Source of the DNA: a bacterium
Lineage (GTDB): Bacteria; CLD3; SB21
Reading direction: 5' to 3'
DNA length: 64,000 nt
Assembly: GCA_013360215.1 (NCBI GenBank)
Contig: JABWCP010000008.1
Location: 62,001-126,000, forward strand
In this document: one piece after another, positions 49,259 through 58,339 of the stretch
How positions within the stretch are numbered: the stretch's first letter is position 1
Layout of the letters: each line of letters begins with the position of its first letter
Made by a program: the position numbers and the translations under genes
The notes under the pieces: model-generated
The model's input: only the letters and a program-made list of their open reading frames with translations
What the model was told of the DNA's origin: nothing
The model's database searches: none

Positions 49259-49338
49259 AATCTCGCAGAGACGCAAAGCTAAATACAAATCAGAATTCTT
49301 AGCGGCTTTGCGAGAGTATTCGGTTTGTATTGCGCGAC
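49259..49338 (+). repeat. 80-bp direct repeat, copy B
   Basis: Identical to 45476-45555. Confidence 0.95.
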
Positions 49339-49389
49339 ATCCCGTAGTCTTAGTCACGCACGCATTATACCGAAGATCACAACGATCAC

Positions 49390-49410
49390 ACCACGGGGCT
49401 GTGGTTTTTT
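49390..49410 (+). terminator. Possible intrinsic terminator
   Basis: ACCACG-GGGC-TGTGGT stem followed by a T run, between convergent genes. Confidence 0.4.
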
Positions 49411-49433
49411 AGAACAGAGATTCAAACCTGTAT

Positions 49434-49733
49434 TTAAACCCAAATCATAGTTTTAATATTTTTATTCAGCTCAAGTTTCTCTTTTTTTCGAATTTCGGAC
49501 TTGAGCGGAAGTATGTACGTTTTGTGTTTGGTGTCAAACCATATCGCAGTTTCCCATTCCGTATTTCCGATTTTCGCCGTCGCTTTCAGTCGTCCCCAAC
49601 CCTCTTCCTGCCGCTTAAAGTTTTCTCTAATTTCTTTGGCCATTTTGATCGGCAGAGAAACAAAGTGCCAACCGTTGGGTGAAGGATGTTGCCAGGTTTT
49701 GGCTGAAAATTCGTATTTGATTTTACCGTTCAT
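49434..49733 (-). CDS. DUF1905-like protein
   Basis: WHFVSLP, GWGRLKATAKIG, WETAIW and YILPLKSEIRKKE. Confidence 0.82.
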   Translation of the reverse strand: MNGKIKYEFSAKTWQHPSPNGWHFVSLPIKMAKEIRENFKRQEEGWGRLKATAKIGNTEWETAIWFDTKHKTYILPLKSEIRKKEKLELNKNIKTMIWV

Positions 49734-49897
49734 AGTCTGATTTCGATTAGGGTATAAGATATATGCTGACGATTTTGGGTTTGGTGATCGCGCGAAGGTT
49801 CAAAGCACCCATCGTAAAATGAATCCATAGAAGACCGGATAACAACCGACACAAACCGCCGTATTAGATCAATTCTGATTCTAAAATATCTATGACT

Positions 49898-50785
49898 TCA
49901 TTTGCAGATTATATGAGGGTCATTGTATGTTTTTTTACCGATCCATAAATCATGAGGTAATACATCCCATATCAAGTGCAAATGTCTGGCTTGAACATCA
50001 TCTATATCGCCCTGATATTCCCAAAATCCATAATCAAAAGTACCTTGATCCGGATGCGAAACAACTAAATCACCATTAGTATAAACGCACTGACAACCAC
50101 TATTCTTACCTGTGCCTCGATATGAATTATTAAAAAGTCCATGATAAAACCAACCTTTTATTCCTTCTTTTACCCAGGTATTACCCTCACAGTCTTTACC
50201 GTTTTCCGGTTCTTTCATCGGGCACTTATTATATGAATTTCTGCCCAAATCGCCGCTCTTTTTAAGATGATATACATTTACGGTAAAATCACCGCTATTA
50301 TTCGAATAGTCTACATCATTAATTTCAAAAGAAATATTTCCTGAAGTGTCTGAAAAAAAATACAGACACGGTAAATAGTTACCGTCCGTCAGCTTTGCAA
50401 AATCTACCAACTGATAATAAATCGGATGGCGAAACAGTGAAATGGTTGTCATGCCATGATCTTTTCCGGCAACCAATGTAACTACCGAACCGTGTTTGTA
50501 GTTATACTTATTTTGCTTTGAGTATCCTGAAATGCCGTCACCATTGGTAAGGCCACCGTCCGAGCCAAGATGTATCGCACCTAAAACTTCAATGAAGACA
50601 AAATCTCCTCGCTCAACCGAAATACCCGTTTCAATCGGTACGCCAGAACTGCCATTTATTTGAAAAGAGTGCGTTTGGTAGTTTTCATTGGACAATCCTT
50701 GCACATGTAAAAGTACTCTTTTTTGATGAGCACAGGATGAAAGTGTCAAAATAGACAAATAGAGAGTAATGATCTTTTTCGTCAT
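49898..50785 (-). CDS. Lipoprotein with a PA-IL/LecA-like domain and a Cys-containing AMOP-like C-terminus
   Basis: LSSC lipobox; INDVDYSNNSGDFTVNV; CQCVY...GTFDY...HLIWDVLP. Confidence 0.6.
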   Translation of the reverse strand: MTKKIITLYLSILTLSSCAHQKRVLLHVQGLSNENYQTHSFQINGSSGVPIETGISVERGDFVFIEVLGAIHLGSDGGLTNGDGISGYSKQNKYNYKHGSVVTLVAGKDHGMTTISLFRHPIYYQLVDFAKLTDGNYLPCLYFFSDTSGNISFEINDVDYSNNSGDFTVNVYHLKKSGDLGRNSYNKCPMKEPENGKDCEGNTWVKEGIKGWFYHGLFNNSYRGTGKNSGCQCVYTNGDLVVSHPDQGTFDYGFWEYQGDIDDVQARHLHLIWDVLPHDLWIGKKTYNDPHIICK

Positions 50786-51157
50786 GCAGGTTTCGTTGAA
50801 TTTATATTATAAGAAAGCAGTTATATCAAAAAATTAAAACCTCTGGCCTGCATATTGCGTTTGTAAAAAATGGATGATATAAAAAATCGGTTCGCTATAT
50901 ATAAATTGGCAATTTCTTTATACAAAAAATAGTTCAATTTTTGTGAGATTAACTGTAAAATTTTTCCCGGCATCTTTTTTGAATGCACTGAAATCTGTCA
51001 GTTATCTCCATTCCGCAAAGGATTTCGGCTCATAACTTTCTTATATAGTTACGTCGAATTTTTTTATCCAAAAAACTTGGATTCGTAATAAGAACCGTTA
51101 AATTTATAGCATTCATCTATTGAATCCCATCACGAGCAAGCCCACAGGAGAAGCATT

Positions 51158-53068
51158 ATGAATACCGGCAACAATAAACCCATATCCAATCAGGAAATGT
51201 ACCATCCTTCCAATGACGTCATCGCCAATGCGCATATCAAAGATTATGAAACGCTGTACCGACGTTCCGTCACGGACCGCGAAGGTTTTTGGGCCGAAGA
51301 GGCCGGAAAACTCGAGTGGTATAAATCGTGGGACCGCGTACTCGATGACAGTAAAAAGCCTTTTTACAAATGGTTTACCGGCGGTAAAACAAACATCATT
51401 CTCAACGCGATTGATCGGCATTTGAGAGACTGGCGCCGAAACAAATTAGCCATCATCTGGGAAGGCGAACCCGGCGATGTGCGAACCTATTCCTATCATG
51501 CACTCAATCGCGAAGTATCCAAGTTTGCCAACGTCCTCAAAAGCATGGGCGTACGCAAAGGCGAAATCGTGACGATCTATATGCCGCAAATACCGGAACT
51601 TGTTTTCGCTATGCTGGCATGCGCCAAAATCGGCGCTGCGCACAGCGTGGTGTATGGCGGCTTTAGCGTGGAAGCATTGGCCGCTCGGATCGAAGATGCT
51701 AAGAGCCGCGTACTCGTTACGGCCGACGGCGGATGGCGGCGCGGAAAAATCAACGATCTCAAAACCATCGCCGACGAAGCCATCAAACGTTCCCCCACGA
51801 TCGAGGTATGTATCTGTGTCAAGCGCACCGGCCATGAAGTGCGCATGGAAAACGATCGCGATTTCTGGTACCACGACCTGATGAGTTTGCCCATCGCCAA
51901 TCCCAAGTGCCCTACCGAAGTCATGGACGCCGAAGATATGCTTTTCATCCTTTACACGTCCGGTACGACCGGGAAACCCAAAGGTTTGGTGCATACGCAC
52001 GGCGGCTACTCCGTATATACATCCACGACCCACCGGTACGTTTTTGATATCAAAGACGAAGACCGCTGGTGGTGTGCCGCCGATCCCGGATGGATCACGG
52101 GTCACAGCTACATCGTCTACGCGCCGTTGATCAACGGTGCGACGGTCATGATGTACGAAGGCGCACCCAATCATCCGTACCCCAACCGCTGGTGGCAGAT
52201 CATCGAAAAATACGGTATCAGCATTCTCTACACTTCACCCACGGCGATCCGCGGTCTGATGCGGTTTGGCGAACAATGGCCCAAACGTCACGACCTGAGT
52301 ACGCTCCGGCTGTTGGGGTCGGTCGGCGAGCCGATCAATCCCGAAGCGTGGAAATGGTATTATCGTAATATCGGACAAGAGCGCTGCCCGATCATGGACA
52401 CGTGGTGGCAGACAGAGACCGGCGGCTTTATGGTAACACCGCTCCCGGTAATTCCGCTCAAACCCGGCTCCGCAACAAAACCCTTTTTTGGAAATGAAAT
52501 CGCCGTCGTGGATGATCACGGCAAAGAAGTCGCGGCAGGCGAAGAAGGTAAACTGATCATCAAATCACCGTGGCCGGGTATGGCACGTACGATCCTCGGA
52601 GATCCCGCACGCTTTGTGGAAACGTATTGGAAAGAATTTGAAAAACAAGGTTGGTACAAAGCGGGCGATTCGGCCCGTCTCGACGAAGACGGCTATCTTT
52701 GGGTGATCGGACGCATTGATGACGTGATCAAAGTCAGTGGATATCGCCTCGGAACGGCCGAAATCGAAAGTGCGTTAGTAAGCCATCCGGCTGTCTCGGA
52801 AGCTGCGGCTATCGGGCTTCCGCATGAAGTCAAAGGTCAAGCTATATACAGCTATGTGATCCTGCGCGCCGGACAGACGCCGAGCAAAGAACTCGAAGAG
52901 ACGCTCAAAGAACATGTCGCCAAAGAAATCGGTCCGATCGCGCGGCCGGAGAGCGTTACGTTTCTGGATGTGCTGCCTAAAACGCGCAGCGGCAAGATCA
53001 TGCGCCGCGTACTCAAAGCCCGCGCTTTGGGCTTAAATGAAGGCGATGTGTCCACGTTAGAGGAATAA
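51158..53068 (+). CDS. acs: Acetyl-CoA synthetase (AMP-forming)
   Basis: YTSGTTGKPKG, GSVGEPINPEAW, DTWWQTETGG and PKTRSGKIMRR. Confidence 0.95.
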   Translation: MNTGNNKPISNQEMYHPSNDVIANAHIKDYETLYRRSVTDREGFWAEEAGKLEWYKSWDRVLDDSKKPFYKWFTGGKTNIILNAIDRHLRDWRRNKLAIIWEGEPGDVRTYSYHALNREVSKFANVLKSMGVRKGEIVTIYMPQIPELVFAMLACAKIGAAHSVVYGGFSVEALAARIEDAKSRVLVTADGGWRRGKINDLKTIADEAIKRSPTIEVCICVKRTGHEVRMENDRDFWYHDLMSLPIANPKCPTEVMDAEDMLFILYTSGTTGKPKGLVHTHGGYSVYTSTTHRYVFDIKDEDRWWCAADPGWITGHSYIVYAPLINGATVMMYEGAPNHPYPNRWWQIIEKYGISILYTSPTAIRGLMRFGEQWPKRHDLSTLRLLGSVGEPINPEAWKWYYRNIGQERCPIMDTWWQTETGGFMVTPLPVIPLKPGSATKPFFGNEIAVVDDHGKEVAAGEEGKLIIKSPWPGMARTILGDPARFVETYWKEFEKQGWYKAGDSARLDEDGYLWVIGRIDDVIKVSGYRLGTAEIESALVSHPAVSEAAAIGLPHEVKGQAIYSYVILRAGQTPSKELEETLKEHVAKEIGPIARPESVTFLDVLPKTRSGKIMRRVLKARALGLNEGDVSTLEE

Positions 53069-53293
53069 TCGAAAACGGTTTAGTGCATGGCGATAAAGTT
53101 TTGGGGTAGGAAATTAATATTTGAATTACAGATTTCCGGATAGAGCGTAGGGACGGTTCGAGGACTGATGAGAATGCCGAATATGATGCAATAACTTTCG
53201 TTAAAATCGTATTAGACACGAAATATTCGTGTTAATCAACCATAGAATTACACGTACGATCAAAAGGGGTTTTCAGTTTACAACTCACAGTTC

Positions 53294-54259
53294 TTATAAG
53301 TTTATCATCCAGTCACAAATAGCCGTAAGTTGATCGTCATTTGTCAAATTAGCGGTACCGTTCAACGTGCCTGTTTGAAGTTGTTTGTATATCTCAATTG
53401 CCATTGCATTTTCGATAGCGGCGCCGATAAAAAAAGTTTGTGGATTCAATTTTTTCTTTTTAAAACTTGTCCGAATTCTATTGAGTGCTGAGTTTGCAGT
53501 TTTCCAATGCTCATCAGCACCCGCTGGATCAATACCTCCTTTTAATTCTCCCAACGCAATGAATTTGCCTGGTTGACGAATGATGGATTGATTATCGTCT
53601 TTTAATTCTTCTACCTTCGCCTGAAGGATTGAGACGTCAACGTTTTTATTCACCAACGGAATATTAGTATTAAGCACCATAAGACGATCTTGATTCTTTT
53701 TCCAGTAGATTGCTTTGATGCGTTTCTCAACGTTGGCATCCTCTTGAGGTTTATCGAGCCAAGTATTTGTATGGCTATCTTTCCATTTGTATTTGATACC
53801 TGAAAGATTGAAAACTGAAATCAGGGATCTTAAAAACTTTCTTTCGCCAAGGGAACCAGCAAGATTTCTCGCTTTACCTCCAAGTGCATCGCCCTTAGTA
53901 AGTAAATATCGGTATACCAATTCGTCAATGAATCCTTTCCCTGCTGGCTCTAGAAATTTCTCAATCAGACCATTGATAGCAATAGTTCTGTCATCATCAT
54001 TCAAATAATTCAATGATTTATCAGAAAGGCCCGACGCAGTAAGTAGTCCAGCCCTTAAATCTTTTACTTTCAAAAGATCTTTTGGTTCTTTCACTTGTGA
54101 AGACAATGCTTTCAACGCTTTCGCTTCTTCGATGTAGGGAACGGCAATGTAGTTTTTCTCTAACGCCATTGCGATAAAGCCTGCCCGGGTTTCTTCTTTT
54201 GAAGTGATTAAATCGACAGCAGATTTAATGATTGAGTTTTTTATTAGTTTTTTTGCCAT
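53294..54259 (-). CDS. Type II restriction endonuclease, AvaI/BsoBI family
   Basis: ALGELKGGIDPAGADEHWKTA and YRYLLTKGDALGG motifs; paired with an MTase. Confidence 0.87.
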   Translation of the reverse strand: MAKKLIKNSIIKSAVDLITSKEETRAGFIAMALEKNYIAVPYIEEAKALKALSSQVKEPKDLLKVKDLRAGLLTASGLSDKSLNYLNDDDRTIAINGLIEKFLEPAGKGFIDELVYRYLLTKGDALGGKARNLAGSLGERKFLRSLISVFNLSGIKYKWKDSHTNTWLDKPQEDANVEKRIKAIYWKKNQDRLMVLNTNIPLVNKNVDVSILQAKVEELKDDNQSIIRQPGKFIALGELKGGIDPAGADEHWKTANSALNRIRTSFKKKKLNPQTFFIGAAIENAMAIEIYKQLQTGTLNGTANLTNDDQLTAICDWMINL

Positions 54260-55680
54260 AGGTAAACACATTTACGGACTTCAGTTCTTCCAAAGCTTCC
54301 CATTTGTTGGCTACTATTGCCTTTACCTTTGGGTAACACAAAAATCTTATTTATTTTGAAACCAAAGTTTTCTGCAAACTCCGATAGAATTAAGTCAACA
54401 GGAATTTCTTCTCCCCCATAACGAACATTATCATTCACCATTACACAATAACCACCGCTTTTTGTAACCCTAGCCATTTCATAAATCACAAAACACATTT
54501 CAAGAAAATAATTTCTCACCATTCTTGTAATGTTCGCATTGTTGAGTTTATCCAACTTATTTAGCTCACCAAGGACAGAATTTATTTCGGACATCGCGTT
54601 ACAGTTTTTATAAACATCCATTACTCGGTAAAAAGTCTCTTCTTTGCCAAGCGACGAATAAATTCGACTTAAGAAATCTATTTTTTCTTTGTTCTCTACT
54701 GTACAAGACAACATTGCTTGCCGCAGATTACGAACCTGCTCACTGCTATTCCCAAGGTAAACCAACTCTAATGCGTATGTCCTCGTGTAATCGTAACGAT
54801 TGCAGTAGGGAGGCGAAGTGACAATGAAATCAAAAAAATCTTCATTGAGTTTCGGAAGTTCTTCCAAACACGAACCTGCAGTAATTTTAACAGGATGTGA
54901 TTTGTGTCTATTATCACTCCTATTGTAAGGATTCTGCTCAAACAAATTTATTGGCTGGCTTGGTAAAAGATCAGAAACTATTTGATTGAGTTTGTGCTTG
55001 AGTGCTTCATCGAAAGAGAGTATTCTTCCCTTATCAAAGGGTTTACCAAAAAGGTTCCTCTTGCTACGATAATCCCAACGCAAATACTGTCCGTCTTTTC
55101 TGGTGAAGCTTATCTCCTCTAAAACGGAGAAAGCAGCAAAGCGTAAAACTGTTTGCGTTTTTTGGTCTTTAATTTTTGAACAATAGCTTAAAAATTTATT
55201 TAGTAGAATTTCCGTTTCATCCGCAAAAGCATCTTTGGTAATCGAAATGTGATTTATATGGATTTCGTAATTCTCAATCTTTGCAAGCTCCTTCCAAAGA
55301 TCCCCTACTGTTGAACGAAGTGTATCAATATCAATACCCTTTAACGCTTCCCTTGTCTCCATTACGAAAACACCTACCGGAAGAATTTCGATTCCATAAG
55401 ATTCCCAACCAAGCTCCTGTCCACCAAAAAGTGTTGTTCCTGCACCAGCAAATGGATCTAAAAGTTTACCCGGCTTCTTTGCATATTCTGTCAAAAAGTA
55501 TTTGACAAGCGATGAAGAAAAACCTTCTTTATATTTGAACCAACGATATATCGGTTCTTCTTTGTTCGCCTGAAAACTAACTACTTTCCGATTTAGGTGA
55601 TAAGCTGTTTCTAACCTGTCGACAAATCGACTGTGTAAAAGTTGGCGTTCAGTCGGTAATAATTCTTCTGTTAATGTCAT
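54244..55680 (-). CDS. N4-cytosine DNA methyltransferase (cognate)
   Basis: LDPFAGAGTT (motif I) precedes TSPPY (motif IV); overlaps the REase start. Confidence 0.88.
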   Translation of the reverse strand: MTLTEELLPTERQLLHSRFVDRLETAYHLNRKVVSFQANKEEPIYRWFKYKEGFSSSLVKYFLTEYAKKPGKLLDPFAGAGTTLFGGQELGWESYGIEILPVGVFVMETREALKGIDIDTLRSTVGDLWKELAKIENYEIHINHISITKDAFADETEILLNKFLSYCSKIKDQKTQTVLRFAAFSVLEEISFTRKDGQYLRWDYRSKRNLFGKPFDKGRILSFDEALKHKLNQIVSDLLPSQPINLFEQNPYNRSDNRHKSHPVKITAGSCLEELPKLNEDFFDFIVTSPPYCNRYDYTRTYALELVYLGNSSEQVRNLRQAMLSCTVENKEKIDFLSRIYSSLGKEETFYRVMDVYKNCNAMSEINSVLGELNKLDKLNNANITRMVRNYFLEMCFVIYEMARVTKSGGYCVMVNDNVRYGGEEIPVDLILSEFAENFGFKINKIFVLPKGKGNSSQQMGSFGRTEVRKCVYLWQKN

Positions 55681-55930
55681 TGCGCGAGGATACGTTCTTT
55701 CTTTTTTAGTTTTAAATCGGTTCCCTACATTAGGTTCAATTCAATTGAATAATCAAGTATATTACTAGTAAAACATAGAATACGTATAAATTGTATATTT
55801 CCTAATTAAAAAGGTAGTCTCTTTTTTCAAGAGAAAAACTAATAAAGCTCATGATGACATAACTTCACAGAATTGATTATACATAATTGACAGGAAATAC
55901 ACCCGCACCAGTATTCAAAACGCCTCCACC

Positions 55931-56449
55931 CTAACGTTTCATCCAATCTTCCCGCTTCAGTTCATACACAAAGCAGTCATCTTCTCCGAATCGTTGTTCG
56001 CGTACAAAACGAAATCCCAGACGTTCGTAAAACCGGTGCGCCCGGACGTTATCCGCCAGCGGGTCTATGATCACGGTATGCACATCCTCTTCGGTAAAAC
56101 AGCGTTCGATGGCCTGGTGCATCATCGCAGTTCCATAACCTTTGCTCAGATTTTCGGCTTCGCCGATCCATATATCAAGCGCACGATAGCCACTACCGAT
56201 CGCACCCCAGTATTGGGTTTCTTCCCGTTGCGGATCAATGATCTGTATAAAGCCGATAGGTTTCCCGTCAAGCTCGGCGATGAGCTGTTCCCGCCACGAC
56301 GGTTCGCGCTGCAGTTCCTCTTCCCAGTGCCAGTCATCGTTGGGATCGGACTCTATGACGTGCGGCTGTTCATCCCAAAACCGGAGGATAATCGAATCCG
56401 CAGAAGTCGCTTTTCTCAGCGTGACGTATTTTCGTTGGTGATCCGTCAT
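55931..56449 (-). CDS. GNAT acetyltransferase, AAC(6')-Ib/siderophore-acyltransferase-like subfamily
   Basis: PIGFIQ, ALDIWIGE, KGYGT and IDPLADNVRAHRFYERLGF; ATG at 56449. Confidence 0.82.
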   Translation of the reverse strand: MTDHQRKYVTLRKATSADSIILRFWDEQPHVIESDPNDDWHWEEELQREPSWREQLIAELDGKPIGFIQIIDPQREETQYWGAIGSGYRALDIWIGEAENLSKGYGTAMMHQAIERCFTEEDVHTVIIDPLADNVRAHRFYERLGFRFVREQRFGEDDCFVYELKREDWMKR

Positions 56450-56545
56450 AGCTAAGGACGATAAAGTAAATAACGAATGGTGTGGACGCTGATTGTGCAG
56501 CAACCACACCTGAATTAAAAAATAAACCAAATCGGATATGTGAAG

Positions 56546-57061
56546 TTACGGAATTATCGGTTGGAAATACAGTATGTTTTCATCCTGATGGATGGTACCC
56601 GCCTCTGTTTTTTTGTAACCGTGCGTTTCACGGTATTTGCTCAAAGCGGCATCCACTTTGATGTATCCGACCAAATACGACATCGGATTTCGGTAAGGAA
56701 AACCGGTCGTCATACAGCGCTGTTCCGGAATATATCGGTATTTTAAAAGCGAGTCTGTGGTGATAATCGCCTCCACGCGTGCATCGTCGGCCATGAAACC
56801 AATGTGATTGGGCTTCTGGTCGGTAAAATAAATATCGAGCGGCGCAATATTTGTAAAACCATTGTTGGTCAATAAAAGCCGCAATTCGGTCGTTATCTTT
56901 CCGACCTCTCTGGCATCCGTTCCGTGCATCTCTTTGTAAATAAAATGATACGGACCAATACGCTGCTCACGTATGGTAATGGATACAAAAACGCCCATAT
57001 AAACTGCATAAATCGCCAATCCCGATACGACAACCGCACCGATAATGAGTAAAATTTTCAT
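56546..57061 (-). CDS. Membrane-anchored hypothetical protein, possible GyrI-like domain
   Basis: N-terminal TM segment; IYKEMHG and FPYRNPMSYLVG...Y pattern. Confidence 0.55.
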   Translation of the reverse strand: MKILLIIGAVVVSGLAIYAVYMGVFVSITIREQRIGPYHFIYKEMHGTDAREVGKITTELRLLLTNNGFTNIAPLDIYFTDQKPNHIGFMADDARVEAIITTDSLLKYRYIPEQRCMTTGFPYRNPMSYLVGYIKVDAALSKYRETHGYKKTEAGTIHQDENILYFQPIIP

Positions 57062-57151
57062 AACACCCTTTAATGTTTGATAAAAAAAGAAAATGATCGG
57101 GTAAAATAATCTCTTTATCGGCGGGAATCGCTCAACTTTATAAAGTCGGAC

Positions 57152-58288
57152 TCAATTTTGAGGTTTATTCAGGCTTTTTTTATACTCCAGCGGGGTAATT
57201 CCTTCAAATTTTTTGAATACGGCATTGAATGTAGATTTACTGTTGAAACCGGATTCTAGCGCTATGCCTAATAATGTCATTGTGTTTACATCCGGTTGTG
57301 CCAAACGACGTTTGAACTCAGCGATACGTAGTGTATTGATATGATCAAAAAAATTATGCCCGTAGTGCTGATTGATCAGCTGCGATACAAGATGCGGCGA
57401 GGCATTTATTTTTTTGGCAACATCGGCTAATTTTAAATCGGGTTGCAAATACATTTTTTCATCATCAAATGCGCTGCGAATAGCTTCCGTATATTCGGAC
57501 ATTTCCTCTGAACTTAGAACGACGTTTTTGTATTTTTGGGTAAATCCGCCGGTAACCGCATCGGGATTATTAAATCCGTAATACATCGCAAAATACATGA
57601 TCGCCGATAAAGCCAACGTGTAAGCATAATTAGCATCCGGCGAAAACACCCCGCTATAGAACACCTGTATCACCAACCCCGAAACCAGTATCAGGTACGC
57701 ACAAAAAAAGCCGATGAGGAATTTAATCCATTTTAATCGTCCGGTAATATCCTCCTGATACATGCGATCAAGCAGTTGTTGCTTTTCTATGCGAACAGAA
57801 CGCAAAGACAAAAGCATATACGTCGTAAAATGAATCACCTGTAAAACGAAGATCACGTAGTCTATGACCCGTAACGGCAAGTGGCCCGAAATAAAAACCT
57901 CGATAAATGCAACTTTGGCCCGGTGACCTAAAAACCAAAGCGGCCACGATACTCCGCAAAACAATAAATAAGGCACGCAATGAAGCGACTGGATTTTTGA
58001 TATCTCGAACTCCGCATCCGTGAGGCTGCGGCTGTATAACCACATCAGTGGCCCAAAAAGAAGCATGAATCCGTTTGAAATGCCAAAGAAATGAGAAAAT
58101 GCCGTGTACGCGCCTGAAGCGATAAAAAGATATTCGGCATTCGCCAGTATCAACAGTATGAATATGACAAAAAGAATACGTGCCGAGCCAGAGCGCCGCA
58201 ACTTGCCCGCCGTCAGTATCGTAAAAAAAATACCATGTGCCGTGCTGATCAAAAGTAAAAAACTTACCATAGTGAGCGAAATTTGCAT
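57152..58288 (-). CDS. AraC-family regulator with an N-terminal multi-TM sensor
   Basis: About 7 TM segments, then PDLKLADVA...SQLIN...NFFDHIN...SGFNSKSTFN. Confidence 0.92.
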   Translation of the reverse strand: MQISLTMVSFLLLISTAHGIFFTILTAGKLRRSGSARILFVIFILLILANAEYLFIASGAYTAFSHFFGISNGFMLLFGPLMWLYSRSLTDAEFEISKIQSLHCVPYLLFCGVSWPLWFLGHRAKVAFIEVFISGHLPLRVIDYVIFVLQVIHFTTYMLLSLRSVRIEKQQLLDRMYQEDITGRLKWIKFLIGFFCAYLILVSGLVIQVFYSGVFSPDANYAYTLALSAIMYFAMYYGFNNPDAVTGGFTQKYKNVVLSSEEMSEYTEAIRSAFDDEKMYLQPDLKLADVAKKINASPHLVSQLINQHYGHNFFDHINTLRIAEFKRRLAQPDVNTMTLLGIALESGFNSKSTFNAVFKKFEGITPLEYKKSLNKPQN

Positions 58289-58339
58289 ACGTCAGCACAT
58301 AAGTTGGTTATACATTGCGAAACAATATTTGTATTTCAG

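Noticed and set aside
49224-49412. 62-aa ORF across repeat copy B
   Set aside because: It is a chance frame through the repeat, with no matching start at copy A.
53216-53232. Hairpin ACACGAA-ATA-TTCGTGT between acs and the REase
   Set aside because: It is short and AT-rich. It could be a terminator or an element scar, but the sequence cannot distinguish these.
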